This document shows, piece after piece, positions 53,909 through 62,935 of a stretch of 64,000 nt of DNA. Both the position numbers and the translations under genes were made by a program. This DNA comes from Gemmatimonadales bacterium. GTDB lineage: Bacteria > Gemmatimonadota > Gemmatimonadetes > Gemmatimonadales > GWC2-71-9. Within the stretch, counting starts at the first letter, position 1. Each line of letters opens with the position of its first letter. Where the stretch lies: NCBI GenBank assembly GCA_050733215.1, contig JBOHSN010000002.1, forward strand, positions 3,933 to 67,932, written 5' to 3'. The notes under the pieces were generated by a model. That model was not told the origin of the DNA. It worked only from the letters and a program-made list of their open reading frames with translations, and did not search any database.

Positions 53909-55383
53909 TGCGTGACCTGCTGAACGGCGTGGTGCTCGCCGCGATCGCCCTGACCGGTGCGATCACACCGCGCCTCGCTCCTTCCGCGCCCGAGCCCCAG
54001 TCCGGGCAGGAGCTGCCGCCCCCGCCGACGCTCCAGGCCGATCCGGCGGACTCGTTGTATCGCGCCGCGCGCTCGGCGCTCCAGGATCGGAACTATCGCC
54101 GTGCGGCCGACCTGTTCGCCCAACTGACCACGAAGCATCCGAAGTCCGGATACGCCGGAGATGCGTTGTACTGGCAGGCGTTCTCGCTCTACCGCCTCGG
54201 GAGCGAAGAACAGTTGCGGCAGGCGCTCAAGGTGCTGGGCACGCAGCGCACGCGCTATCCGAAGGCGGCCACTCGGGGCGATGCGGCCGCGCTGGAACGC
54301 CGGGTCCAGGGGGAGCTCGCGCAACGCGGCGACCCCGATGCGGCGGAGGCGATCGCGGAGGCTGCCTCGCAGCTCGGCGCCCCGCCCGCCCCGCCCGCAC
54401 CACCCGCACCGCCCGCACCACCCGCGCCCCCCGCACCACCCGCGCCGCCGGCTCCACCCGCGCCGCCCGCGCCCCCCGCGCCCAGGGTTCGGGGCGGCGA
54501 CGGTTGCGACGACGACAACGACGACATGCGGCTGGCGGCGCTCAATGCGCTCCATCAGATGGATGCGGAGCGGGCGATGCCGGTGCTCCGGAAAGTGCTC
54601 GCCCGCCGCGACCCGGCTTCGGTCTGCCTGCGCCGGAAGGCGGTGTTCCTGATCGCGCAGCACGGCGCGTCCGGCAGCGAGGACCTGCTGCTCGGCGCGG
54701 CGCGCAACGATCCCGACCCCGAGGTGCGCGGCCAGGCGGTGTTCTGGCTGTCGCAGGTCGGCACCGACAAGGCGGTGGTGGCGCTGGACTCGATTCTCCG
54801 GTTCACCAAGGACCTCGAGATCCAGGACAAGGCGGTGTTCGCCCTGTCGCAGCATGGGAGCGAGCGCGCACAGGCGGCGCTCCACGCCTACGCGAGCCGG
54901 ACCGACATCAGTGACGCCATCAGGGAGAAGGCCATCTTCTGGATCGGGCAGAGCGGCTCGAAGGAGGACGAGGCGTTCCTGCGGAGTCTCTATCCCAGGC
55001 TCCAGAACGAAGAGCTGAAGAAGAAGCTCCTGTTTTCGATCTCGCAGACCGGAACGAAGGAGAGCCTCGCCTGGCTGCTCGACGTGGCCCGGAACAAGGG
55101 CGAGCCACTGGAGACCAGGAAGCAGGCGCTGTTTTGGGCCGGCCAGAACGGGGCGACGAGTGCGGACCTCGGGACGCTCTACAACACGTTCGCCGAGCGG
55201 GAGCTTCGCGAGCACTTGATCTTCGTGCTGGCACAGGACGGAGACCGCGCCGCGGCCGACAAGCTGCTCGACATCGCCAAGAAGGATCCCGATCCCGAGC
55301 TCCGCAAGAAGGCGCTCTTCTGGCTCGGCCAGATCGACGATCCGCGGGCCGCCGAGGTACTCGAGGAGATCATCTCCCAATGA
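53908..55383 (+). CDS. HEAT-repeat protein with (APP)n linker
   Basis: The ATG overlaps the anti-sigma stop (TGATG). N-terminal signal/TM, a TPR-like segment, (APP)x10, then about 7 repeats of the ..R.KAvFWlgQ.g.. type. Confidence 0.88.
   Translation: MRDLLNGVVLAAIALTGAITPRLAPSAPEPQSGQELPPPPTLQADPADSLYRAARSALQDRNYRRAADLFAQLTTKHPKSGYAGDALYWQAFSLYRLGSEEQLRQALKVLGTQRTRYPKAATRGDAAALERRVQGELAQRGDPDAAEAIAEAASQLGAPPAPPAPPAPPAPPAPPAPPAPPAPPAPPAPPAPRVRGGDGCDDDNDDMRLAALNALHQMDAERAMPVLRKVLARRDPASVCLRRKAVFLIAQHGASGSEDLLLGAARNDPDPEVRGQAVFWLSQVGTDKAVVALDSILRFTKDLEIQDKAVFALSQHGSERAQAALHAYASRTDISDAIREKAIFWIGQSGSKEDEAFLRSLYPRLQNEELKKKLLFSISQTGTKESLAWLLDVARNKGEPLETRKQALFWAGQNGATSADLGTLYNTFAERELREHLIFVLAQDGDRAAADKLLDIAKKDPDPELRKKALFWLGQIDDPRAAEVLEEIISQ
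54378..54483 (+). repeat. Tandem 9-nt repeat encoding (APP)n
   Basis: CCGCCCGCA/CCACCCGCA-type units, about 11 copies, in-frame. Confidence 0.9.
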
Positions 55384-56120
55384 GATCGGCGGCGCTGATC
55401 ATCCTGGCAGTGTCCGTGCCTCTGGCGGAGGCCGAGGCGCAGGACGCCACCCGCCGGTTCGCCAGCGTGCGGGACGGCGCGGCCCATCTCAGCTTCGCCG
55501 TGCGCGGTCGCACGTGCTGGTCGAACCACGGCAGGATGACGGACGACGACTGTCCCTGCGGGCCGGGCGTCGCCCACGCGACCGTGTCGCTCGCCAGCGG
55601 CCGGGTGACCGGTTTCCGGATGAAGGTGGGTCGTGCGGACGCCGCGGCACCGGCCCATGACGGAAGCGGCGTCGAGCTGGGTCGGGTGCCGGCGCCGGAG
55701 GCTGCCGAGCTGCTGCTCGCGCTGGCGGCGCGGCAGGGTGAAGACGGCGAGGACCTCGTGGCCGCGGCGAGCGTCGCGGACAGCGCCGTGGTCTGGCCCC
55801 GGCTCCTCGAGCTGGCGCGGAGCGGCTCGCTCGAACGCCCCACCCGCCGGGCGGCGGTTTTCTGGCTGAGCCAGGCGGCGGATGACGCCGCGACGCGCGG
55901 GCTCGATTCCATCGTGGCCGATCCGACGGGCGACCGCGATCTCCGCGAGCATGCTGTGTTCGCCCTCTCGCAGCGGCCACAGGACGAGGCCGTTCCCGCG
56001 CTGATCCGAATCGCCCGAGGGCACGGCGATGGCGCGATCCGTCGCAAGGCGGTCTTCTGGCTGGGCCAGACCGACGACCCCCGCGCGGTCGCGCTCTTCG
56101 AGGACATCCTCCGCCGGTAG
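55380..56120 (+). CDS. HEAT-repeat protein (paralogous repeat type)
   Basis: The ATG overlaps the upstream stop (ATGA). Signal peptide MRSAALIILAVSVPLAEAEAQ. Repeats RRAAVFWLSQAADD, REHAVFALSQRPQD and RRKAVFWLGQTDDPRA. Confidence 0.85.
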   Translation: MRSAALIILAVSVPLAEAEAQDATRRFASVRDGAAHLSFAVRGRTCWSNHGRMTDDDCPCGPGVAHATVSLASGRVTGFRMKVGRADAAAPAHDGSGVELGRVPAPEAAELLLALAARQGEDGEDLVAAASVADSAVVWPRLLELARSGSLERPTRRAAVFWLSQAADDAATRGLDSIVADPTGDRDLREHAVFALSQRPQDEAVPALIRIARGHGDGAIRRKAVFWLGQTDDPRAVALFEDILRR

Positions 56121-56156
56121 CAACGATTCCGCGGGCAGGGCTGTCCAAGCCGTACG

Positions 56157-58814
56157 ATGATGCTCAGTGCCTTGCTCGCCGCCATGCTGCAGACCGCCGC
56201 GCAGCTCGCCGCAGGCCCGGCGGCGGCTCGCGGCGATTCGCTTGCCGGCGCGGCCGCCGAGGTCCGTGCGGTCCGGCTGGGCGAGCCGATCTCGCTCGAC
56301 GGGCGGCTGGACGATCCGGCGTGGGCGCAGGCGCAACCGTCCACCCGGTTCACCCAGCGGATACCACGCGAGGGCGACCCGGCGACGGAGCGCACCGAGG
56401 TCCGGCTCCTCTACGACGACGACGCTCTCTACGTGGGCGCTCGGCTCTACGACGCGGCGCCCGATTCCGTCGTGGCGCTGCTCGCGCGGCGCGACCGCAT
56501 CGTGAGCGCCGACCGGTTCACCGTCTACATCGATGCCTACCATGACCGCCGGAGCGGCTTCTACTTCGGGGTGAACGCCGCGGGCACGCTCTACGACGGC
56601 ACACTCTACAACGACGATTGGAACAGCGACACCTGGGACGGCGTGTGGGACGCGCGCGTGGCGCGCGACATCCTCGGCTGGACCGCGGAGCTGCGCATCC
56701 CGTATTCACAGATCCGCTTCGAGCGTCGGGACGTGCACGTCTGGGGGGTCAACTACAAGCGCGAGATCGCGCGACGGAACGAGCAATCGTATCTGGTCAT
56801 ACAGCCTAACAACGCGAGCGGGTTCGTGTCCCGCTTCGCCGACCTGATCGGGATCGAGCACGTCTCCCCGCCGGCGCGCCTCGAGGTGTTGCCGTACGTC
56901 ACCGCGCGGGCAGAGTATCTCCATCGCGATGCCGGAGATCCGTTCAACGACGGCTCGCGGCTCGGCTCGAACGTCGGGGCCGACGTCAAGCTGGGCATCG
57001 GCAGCAATCTCACGCTCGACGGCACGGTCAATCCCGATTTCGGGCAGGTGGAGGTGGATCCCGCCGTCGTCAACCTGAGCGACGTGGAGACCTTCTTCGA
57101 AGAGCGGCGCCCCTTCTTCATCGAAGGCGGAACCATCTTTACGAACTTCGGGTTCGGGGGTGCGAACGACTTCTGGGGCTTCAACTGGGGCGGCGGCGAC
57201 TTCCTCTACAGCCGCCGCATCGGCCGGGCACCGCAGGGGAGCGTGCCCGATGCCGACTACAGCGCTACGCCGTCGGGCGCGAATATCCTCGGCGCCGCCA
57301 AGCTCACCGGCAAGGTGGGCTCGTGGAACCTCGGCGTGCTCAACGCGCTCACCAGCCGGGAGCATGCACGGCTCGCCATCGGCGAGTCCCGGTCCCGGAC
57401 CGAGGTGGAGCCGCTGAGCTGGTACGGTGTCTCACGGGTGCAAAAGGAGTTCGGACGCGGTCGCCATGGGCTCGGCTTCATCGGAACGGGGACGGTGCGT
57501 GCGTTCGACGAGCCGCGGCTGCGGAGCGAGCTCAACGCCAATGCGCTCGCGGTCGGGGTGGACGGGTGGGTGACCTTCGACAAGGCCGGCGTCTGGGTGC
57601 TGTCGGCGTGGGCGGGAGCGAGCCGCCTGGCGGGGGCGGCCGACCGGATCGCCGACGTGCAGCGGAGCTCGGTGCACTACTTCCAGCGCCCCGACGCCAC
57701 GCACTTTGCGTTCGACTCCACTCGTACGTCGCTGGACGGCTGGGCGGGACGGATGCTGGTGAACAAGCAGAAGGGCGATTGGCTGCTGAACGCGTCGCTG
57801 GGCGGGTTCTCGCCGGGGTTCGAGATCAACGACGTCGGGTTCCAGATCTGGGCCGACTACATCAACTCACACCTGATGGTGGGCCGCCGGTGGACCCGTC
57901 CGAGCCGGCTGTTCCAGAGCGCGCAGGTCAACCTCGCCACCTACCGGACCTGGACGTTCGGCGGCGACATGACAGGTGCCGGGTACTTCGCCCGGGGAGT
58001 GCTCGAGTTCCGCAACTTCTATCAGTGGATCGGAATCGTCGAGTACAACCCGCAGAGCTTCAACGCCCGGCGCACCCGTGGCGGACCGCTCAGCCTCAAC
58101 CCGCAGGGCGTGTACTTGCGCAGCGAGTTCACCTCCGACACGCGGAAGACGTGGTCGTTCGGGCTCACGCTGGAGGGCACCGACTACGCGCTCGATCGCC
58201 AGAGCAGCATCCTGGTGGAGCCGAGCGTCGAGTGGCGGCCGACCAGCAAGCTCACCGTCAAGCTGGCCCCGTCCTACGAGAACCTGAAGACGAAGGCGCA
58301 GTACGTGGGGACCTTCGGCGACCCGGCGGCGGTCGCGACGTTCGGACAGCGGTACCTCTTCGCCAGGCTCGATCAGAACACGCTCTCGGCGAGCGTGCGG
58401 CTCAACTGGATCTTCACGCCGCGGCTCAGCCTCGAGCTCTACGCCCAGCCGCTGCTCTCGTCCGGCGCGTACAGCGAGTACAAGGAGCTGGCGCGGCCGC
58501 GCACGTACGAGTTCGGTCTCACCGGGCCGGCGGCGTCCGTCGGCGGTGATCAGCTTGCGGTGACCCCGGCGACCCCGGGCGTTGCGGCGATCGAGTTCGG
58601 CGACCCCAACTTCTCCCTCGCGTCGCTCCGCGGGAACGCCATTCTCCGGTGGGAGTATCTCCCCGGCTCCACGCTCTTCCTGGTGTGGACCCAGAACCGG
58701 TCCGACACCGTGCTCGACGGCGAGTTCCGCCTGGGGAACGGGGTGAGCCGGATGTTCAGCGGCGCCGCGGACAACGTGTTCCTGGTCAAGCTTTCGTACT
58801 GGTGGCGGCCCTGA
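56157..58814 (+). CDS. CBM9-like plus DUF5916 outer-membrane-barrel-type protein
   Basis: 885 aa. The N-terminus (ISLDGRLDDPAWAQAQP..F.Q..P.EG.PATERTEVRLLYDDDALYVGARLYD...YIDAYHDRRSGFYFGVNAAG) matches the CBM9/DUF5916 pattern. Long beta-rich C-terminus. Confidence 0.85.
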   Translation: MMLSALLAAMLQTAAQLAAGPAAARGDSLAGAAAEVRAVRLGEPISLDGRLDDPAWAQAQPSTRFTQRIPREGDPATERTEVRLLYDDDALYVGARLYDAAPDSVVALLARRDRIVSADRFTVYIDAYHDRRSGFYFGVNAAGTLYDGTLYNDDWNSDTWDGVWDARVARDILGWTAELRIPYSQIRFERRDVHVWGVNYKREIARRNEQSYLVIQPNNASGFVSRFADLIGIEHVSPPARLEVLPYVTARAEYLHRDAGDPFNDGSRLGSNVGADVKLGIGSNLTLDGTVNPDFGQVEVDPAVVNLSDVETFFEERRPFFIEGGTIFTNFGFGGANDFWGFNWGGGDFLYSRRIGRAPQGSVPDADYSATPSGANILGAAKLTGKVGSWNLGVLNALTSREHARLAIGESRSRTEVEPLSWYGVSRVQKEFGRGRHGLGFIGTGTVRAFDEPRLRSELNANALAVGVDGWVTFDKAGVWVLSAWAGASRLAGAADRIADVQRSSVHYFQRPDATHFAFDSTRTSLDGWAGRMLVNKQKGDWLLNASLGGFSPGFEINDVGFQIWADYINSHLMVGRRWTRPSRLFQSAQVNLATYRTWTFGGDMTGAGYFARGVLEFRNFYQWIGIVEYNPQSFNARRTRGGPLSLNPQGVYLRSEFTSDTRKTWSFGLTLEGTDYALDRQSSILVEPSVEWRPTSKLTVKLAPSYENLKTKAQYVGTFGDPAAVATFGQRYLFARLDQNTLSASVRLNWIFTPRLSLELYAQPLLSSGAYSEYKELARPRTYEFGLTGPAASVGGDQLAVTPATPGVAAIEFGDPNFSLASLRGNAILRWEYLPGSTLFLVWTQNRSDTVLDGEFRLGNGVSRMFSGAADNVFLVKLSYWWRP

Positions 58815-58822
58815 GTAACTGA

Positions 58823-58844
58823 AGCCGCGAATTCGCGCGGCTTG
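58823..58844 (+). terminator. Terminator-like hairpin
   Basis: AAGCCGCG-aattcg-CGCGGCTT (8-bp stem) followed by GTTCGAACGTT. The T-tract is weak. Confidence 0.4.
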
Positions 58845-58893
58845 TTCGAACGTTCGTCCTGCCGCTCGGGGCACGCCGGGCTAAATTTGCCGG

Positions 58894-59991
58894 ATGTTCA
58901 GGCCCCGCGACCGACGAACCGTGCGCCCCGGGATCGCTTTTGCGCTGCTGACCGCCTGCAGCTCCCCCAAGCCCCCACCCGCCCCGATCGTCACGCTCCA
59001 GACCGCAACCGACACTCTCCGCGCGCCGTTCCAGGACGCGGCCGGGGCAGTCCAGCTAGGGCGCGAACGTTGGGCCGTCGTCTCCGAAGGCGGCGGGATG
59101 GTCGTGCTGGCCGACTTCGGCGCCGAGCGTATTACGCAGCTCGGGGGCGAGCGCAGCAAGGAGATCGCGAACCCTTTCGCCGTGTTCGGCCCCTCGGGGG
59201 ACACGCTCTGGCTATCCGACTGGGGGCTCCGGCGGGTCACGGGCTGGGCCGGCGGCCGCCTGGTCGCCGCGGTGCCGGCCACCGACGCGCTCAAAGGCGC
59301 GCTCCCCCGCGCCCGCGACACGAGCGGGCGGTTCTACGCCGCGATCACGCCTCCCGCCGGCCGGGACGGCGGCGGCGCCCGGGACTCGGCGGTGGTCGTC
59401 CGCGCCTCATCCGACCTTACCCGCGCCGACACCGTAGCTCGGCTCGCGCCGCTCGATCTCGCCGAGATCCGGGCGGATGGGGGCCGTCGCTTCGAGCGGC
59501 GGGTGTTCAGCGGGCAGGACGCCTGGGGAGTGCTACCCGACGGCACCGTCTGGATCGCCCGGGTGTACCAGAACCGGGTGGACTTCCGGGCCCCCGATGG
59601 GGACCTCACCCGCGGTACCCCGCTCCCCGACCGGGTGCTGGAAGTGACCCGCGCCGATCGCGATCTGTTTCTCCAGAGCTTCCCGTCCGAGCTGCGGCGC
59701 ACGGCGGAGAGGCTGCCGTTCGCACCGATCAAGCCGCCGTTTGAATCCGGATTCACCAGCGCCGACGGGCTGGTCTGGCTGCAGAAAACGGAAGCCGCGT
59801 TCGATTCGACCGGGCGGTATCACGTGGTGAACCGGCGGGGCGAGCTCATCCGGGAGATCCGGGTGCCGACCACGAGCCGTATGCTGGCCGCGGGGGCCGA
59901 CGCGGCGCTCGCGGTCGAGGCCGACAGCGGGGGGCTCCTGCTGCTGCAATACGTCGTGCCCCCTCACACCGAGCAAGGGAGTGATCGATGA
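58894..59991 (+). CDS. Lipoprotein, beta-propeller-like (family unknown)
   Basis: 365 aa with lipobox ALLTACS. It is a paralogue of the next gene. Confidence 0.8.
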   Translation: MFRPRDRRTVRPGIAFALLTACSSPKPPPAPIVTLQTATDTLRAPFQDAAGAVQLGRERWAVVSEGGGMVVLADFGAERITQLGGERSKEIANPFAVFGPSGDTLWLSDWGLRRVTGWAGGRLVAAVPATDALKGALPRARDTSGRFYAAITPPAGRDGGGARDSAVVVRASSDLTRADTVARLAPLDLAEIRADGGRRFERRVFSGQDAWGVLPDGTVWIARVYQNRVDFRAPDGDLTRGTPLPDRVLEVTRADRDLFLQSFPSELRRTAERLPFAPIKPPFESGFTSADGLVWLQKTEAAFDSTGRYHVVNRRGELIREIRVPTTSRMLAAGADAALAVEADSGGLLLLQYVVPPHTEQGSDR

Positions 59992-61091
59992 ACCTGGTGT
60001 ATCGCACAGGGGTCGCCGTGGCGCTGCTCGCGGCATGCGGAGATGCCGGGGGAAGCGCACCCGCACAGGGTGTGACACTCGAAGCCAAGCTGCCCGCGAC
60101 CTTCACCCAGGTCAGCAACGTGGTGGAGCTCAGCGGCGGGCGGGTGGCGTTCGCGGGCGACCGGCAATTCCTCATGGCCGATCTCGCGTCCGGCGAGGTG
60201 GACACGGTCGGCGAGCGGTCCGACACCCTGGGTGACGGCGCGCCCACGTCGGTCTACAAGTTCGCGGGCTGGGTGGCGCACCTCGCGGGCGACACCGTGG
60301 CGCTGGTGGACTTCGCCGCGATCCGGACGACGTTGTGGAACGAGCGGGGACAGCCGCTCGCGGCGCTCGCGATTCCGCCCGCGGGCGGCGCCACGCCGGT
60401 GCTGGCCTACGATCATTCCGGATTCGGCTACAAGACCGACTACCGCTCGCTGCTCGGCAGCCCCGAGCCGGGCGGCCAGGCGCGTCCGGCGGACAGCATT
60501 CCGGTGATCCGGATCCAGCTCGCGAGCGGCCGGGTGGACACCGTCGCCAACCTCACTGCGCCGGTGCTGGGTGAAGCGAAATTCGGTGAACAGGTGCAGC
60601 AGGTCGCCACGATCTTCGGACCCAACGATCTGTTCGGCGCGCTGCCGGACGGACGGGTATGGGTCGCGCGCGCGCGGGAGAACCGGGTGGACTGGCGCGG
60701 CCCCGGGGGCATCTGGATCCGCGGCGCCTCGCGCGACTTCGAGAAGGTGGCGGTGACCGACGCAGACAAGGCGCGCGTACTCGAGCGCATCCGCGCGCAG
60801 GCCGCCGGCCGGCTCCCCGACAGTCTCCAGCTCCAATGGCCCTTCGCGGAGCACAAGCCGCCGTTCGACAACGCGACCGCCGCGCCGTCGGGCGAGGTGT
60901 GGCTGCAGCGCTCGCGCACGCTCGACGGGGCCGAGCACGTGTACGACGTCTACGGGCCCGACACGAAGTGGAAGCGCGCCGTCAAGCTGCCGCCCGACGT
61001 GACCCTCGCCGGGTTCGGGAAGGACGGCGCGATCTACGGCGTGATGAAGGAGGGGGACCGGAGAACGGTCGCCAGGCTGCGCGAGCAGTAA
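59988..61091 (+). CDS. Lipoprotein, paralogue of 58894..59991
   Basis: 367 aa with lipobox ALLAACG. Shared blocks with the upstream gene: ..ENRVDWRGP../..QNRVDFRAP.., KPPF, VWLQ. 4-nt overlap with the upstream gene. Confidence 0.8.
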   Translation: MNLVYRTGVAVALLAACGDAGGSAPAQGVTLEAKLPATFTQVSNVVELSGGRVAFAGDRQFLMADLASGEVDTVGERSDTLGDGAPTSVYKFAGWVAHLAGDTVALVDFAAIRTTLWNERGQPLAALAIPPAGGATPVLAYDHSGFGYKTDYRSLLGSPEPGGQARPADSIPVIRIQLASGRVDTVANLTAPVLGEAKFGEQVQQVATIFGPNDLFGALPDGRVWVARARENRVDWRGPGGIWIRGASRDFEKVAVTDADKARVLERIRAQAAGRLPDSLQLQWPFAEHKPPFDNATAAPSGEVWLQRSRTLDGAEHVYDVYGPDTKWKRAVKLPPDVTLAGFGKDGAIYGVMKEGDRRTVARLREQ

Positions 61092-61182
61092 GCGGTGAGC
61101 GGTGAGCGGGGGCTCCGATGCGCAGCCGGTGTCGGAGCCCCGTTTGTCGCTTACCGCTCACCGCTCCCCGCTCCCCGCTCAC
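61092..61182. repeat. Inverted arrays of GGTGAGC-type heptamers around a GC hairpin (same unit as 11985-12073)
   Basis: Left arm GCGGTGAGCGGTGAGCGGGGG. Core GGGGCTCCGA-tgcgcagccggtg-TCGGAGCCCC. Right arm CGCTTACCGCTCACCGCTCCCCGCTCCCCGCTCAC. It lies between convergent genes. Confidence 0.85.
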
Positions 61183-61901
61183 TAGTCCAGTATCGGCGGC
61201 TCCTCCGGTGGGGCGCCGGTCGTCCGGTCGGTGCGCCGGCGATCCCGGCGCTGCCCCTGCTCGTACCACCGGCGGGTGATCTCGCCCGCGAGCTCGCGGT
61301 TGCCCAGCCCGAACGCCAGCCCCACCGCGAGCGCGACCGCGCCCAGGATCAGCGTGAAGGCCGACGTCACGATCTCTTCGGCCACGCCCACCTGCTGCAG
61401 CGCCATGAACACCGCGATCATCAGCACGGCGCCCTTGGCCAGCTTGGCGAGCGTCGGCACGCCGGCGACGCTCCCGGCCGACGCGAGGATGAGCCCGCGC
61501 ACGAACTCGCCCACGATCATGCCGAGGATCACGATCACGATCGCGGCGATGAGCGTCGGAATGAACGCCAGCATCATCCCGAACATCTCGTTGATGCTCT
61601 CGAGGCCCAGCGCGGTGCTCGCGAGCAGGATCACCACGAGCATCACCAGCCAGAAGATCAGCTTGGCGAGTGCGCGCACCGGGTCGAGCCGGGAGCCGGT
61701 CCGCTCGACCACCTCGTCGAGCCCGCCGGCGTGCGCGACCTTGTTGAAGTCGATCCGCTTGAGCGTCTCGTCGGCCCAGCGCTGGACCTGCCGCGCAAGG
61801 AAGTAGCCGGTCAGCAGGATCACCACGGCGCCGGCCAGCGCCGGAATGACCGCGCCGATGTGCTCCGTGCCGGCGAGGAGTCGCTCCCAGAGCTCGCTCA
61901 C
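61182..61901 (-). CDS. Conserved-TM-helix repeat membrane protein (small mechanosensitive-channel-related family)
   Basis: A GTG at 61901 overlaps the upstream stop (GTGA). VSELWERLLAGTEHIGAVIPALAGAVVILLTGYFLAR... Four or more TM helices and a charged C-terminus. The longer track ORF is Arg/Pro-rich upstream. Confidence 0.75.
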   Translation of the reverse strand: MSELWERLLAGTEHIGAVIPALAGAVVILLTGYFLARQVQRWADETLKRIDFNKVAHAGGLDEVVERTGSRLDPVRALAKLIFWLVMLVVILLASTALGLESINEMFGMMLAFIPTLIAAIVIVILGMIVGEFVRGLILASAGSVAGVPTLAKLAKGAVLMIAVFMALQQVGVAEEIVTSAFTLILGAVALAVGLAFGLGNRELAGEITRRWYEQGQRRDRRRTDRTTGAPPEEPPILD

Positions 61902-62935
61902 TGGGCCACCTCGATCACGAGTTTGCCGAACTGCTGGCCGGCCGCGAGCCGGCGGAGCGCATCCACGGCCGCGTCGAGCGGCACCACGCGGTCCACTACC
62001 GGCCAGAGGCGCCCGAGGGCGGCCAGCCGCACGATCTCGCGATACTCCCCGCGACTGCCCATCGTGGAGCCGAGCAGCGTCCACTGGTGCCAGAACAGAC
62101 GCCGGAGATCCAGCGAAACCGACGGGCCCGTCGTGGCGCCGCAGGTGACCAGCCGCCCGCCGCGGCGGAGGGCCCGCAGTGACTTCTCCCACGTGGCCTG
62201 GCCGACGCTGTCAACCACCACGTCCACGCCCCGCCCCGCCGTGAGCTCGCGGACCCCCGCCACCACGTCGCCTCTCGAGTGGTCGAGCACCGCGTCGGCA
62301 CCGAGCGTGCGCGCCGCCTCCAGTTTTTCCGGCGAGCCGCTGGTGACGATCGCGTAGGCACCGATCAGCTTCGCGATCTGGAGCGCGGCCTGCGCCACGC
62401 CGCCACCGATGCCCCAGATGAGGAGGCTCTCGCCCGGCCGCAATCCAGCGCGGGTCGTGAGCATGCGCCAGGCGGTGAGCGTCACGAGCGAGAACCCCGC
62501 CGCGCGATCCCACGGCATGCCCTCCGGTACGCGCGCGAGATTCGCCTCCGGCACCACGAGGTATTCGGCCGCCGTGCCGGCCGTATGTTCGCCGATGACG
62601 CGGAAATTCCGACAGAGCGGCTCGTCGCCGCCGAGACAGGCCTCGCACCCACCGCAGGAGAGGCCGGCGTTGATCATCACCCGGTCGCCGGGGGCGACGC
62701 TCCGCACCGCTGGTCCCACCGCGTCCACCACGCCGGCCCCGTCCGAGCCAACGATGTGCGGCATCGGGAGCTCCGGGCCCGGCAAGCCGCCCGCCACCCA
62801 GAGGTCGAGGTGATTGAAGGCCGCGGCCCGAACCCGCACCCGCACGTCGTCCGCGCGCTGGACCACCGGCTCGGGCAGGTCGCGCACCGCCAGGTGCTCG
62901 ATGCCGCCGATGGCGTCGAGCGCGAGGGCCCGCAT
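61898..62935 (-). CDS. Zinc-type alcohol dehydrogenase / quinone oxidoreductase (MDR superfamily)
   Basis: 345 aa with the GHE-like GSDGAGVV, structural-zinc Cys cluster CGGCEACLGGDEPLC and Rossmann motif IWGIGGGVAQAALQIA. Confidence 0.88.
   Translation of the reverse strand: MRALALDAIGGIEHLAVRDLPEPVVQRADDVRVRVRAAAFNHLDLWVAGGLPGPELPMPHIVGSDGAGVVDAVGPAVRSVAPGDRVMINAGLSCGGCEACLGGDEPLCRNFRVIGEHTAGTAAEYLVVPEANLARVPEGMPWDRAAGFSLVTLTAWRMLTTRAGLRPGESLLIWGIGGGVAQAALQIAKLIGAYAIVTSGSPEKLEAARTLGADAVLDHSRGDVVAGVRELTAGRGVDVVVDSVGQATWEKSLRALRRGGRLVTCGATTGPSVSLDLRRLFWHQWTLLGSTMGSRGEYREIVRLAALGRLWPVVDRVVPLDAAVDALRRLAAGQQFGKLVIEVAQ

Noticed and set aside
54378-54483. CRISPR-like array
   Set aside because: The repeats are contiguous 9-mers with no spacers, lie inside a CDS and encode (APP)n. 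The heptamer and octamer arrays elsewhere likewise lack spacers, and no cas genes are present.
52972-55380. 802-aa minus-strand ORF
   Set aside because: It is antisense to the anti-sigma and HEAT-repeat genes, which have clear motifs and signal peptides. Its composition is typical of high-GC shadow ORFs.
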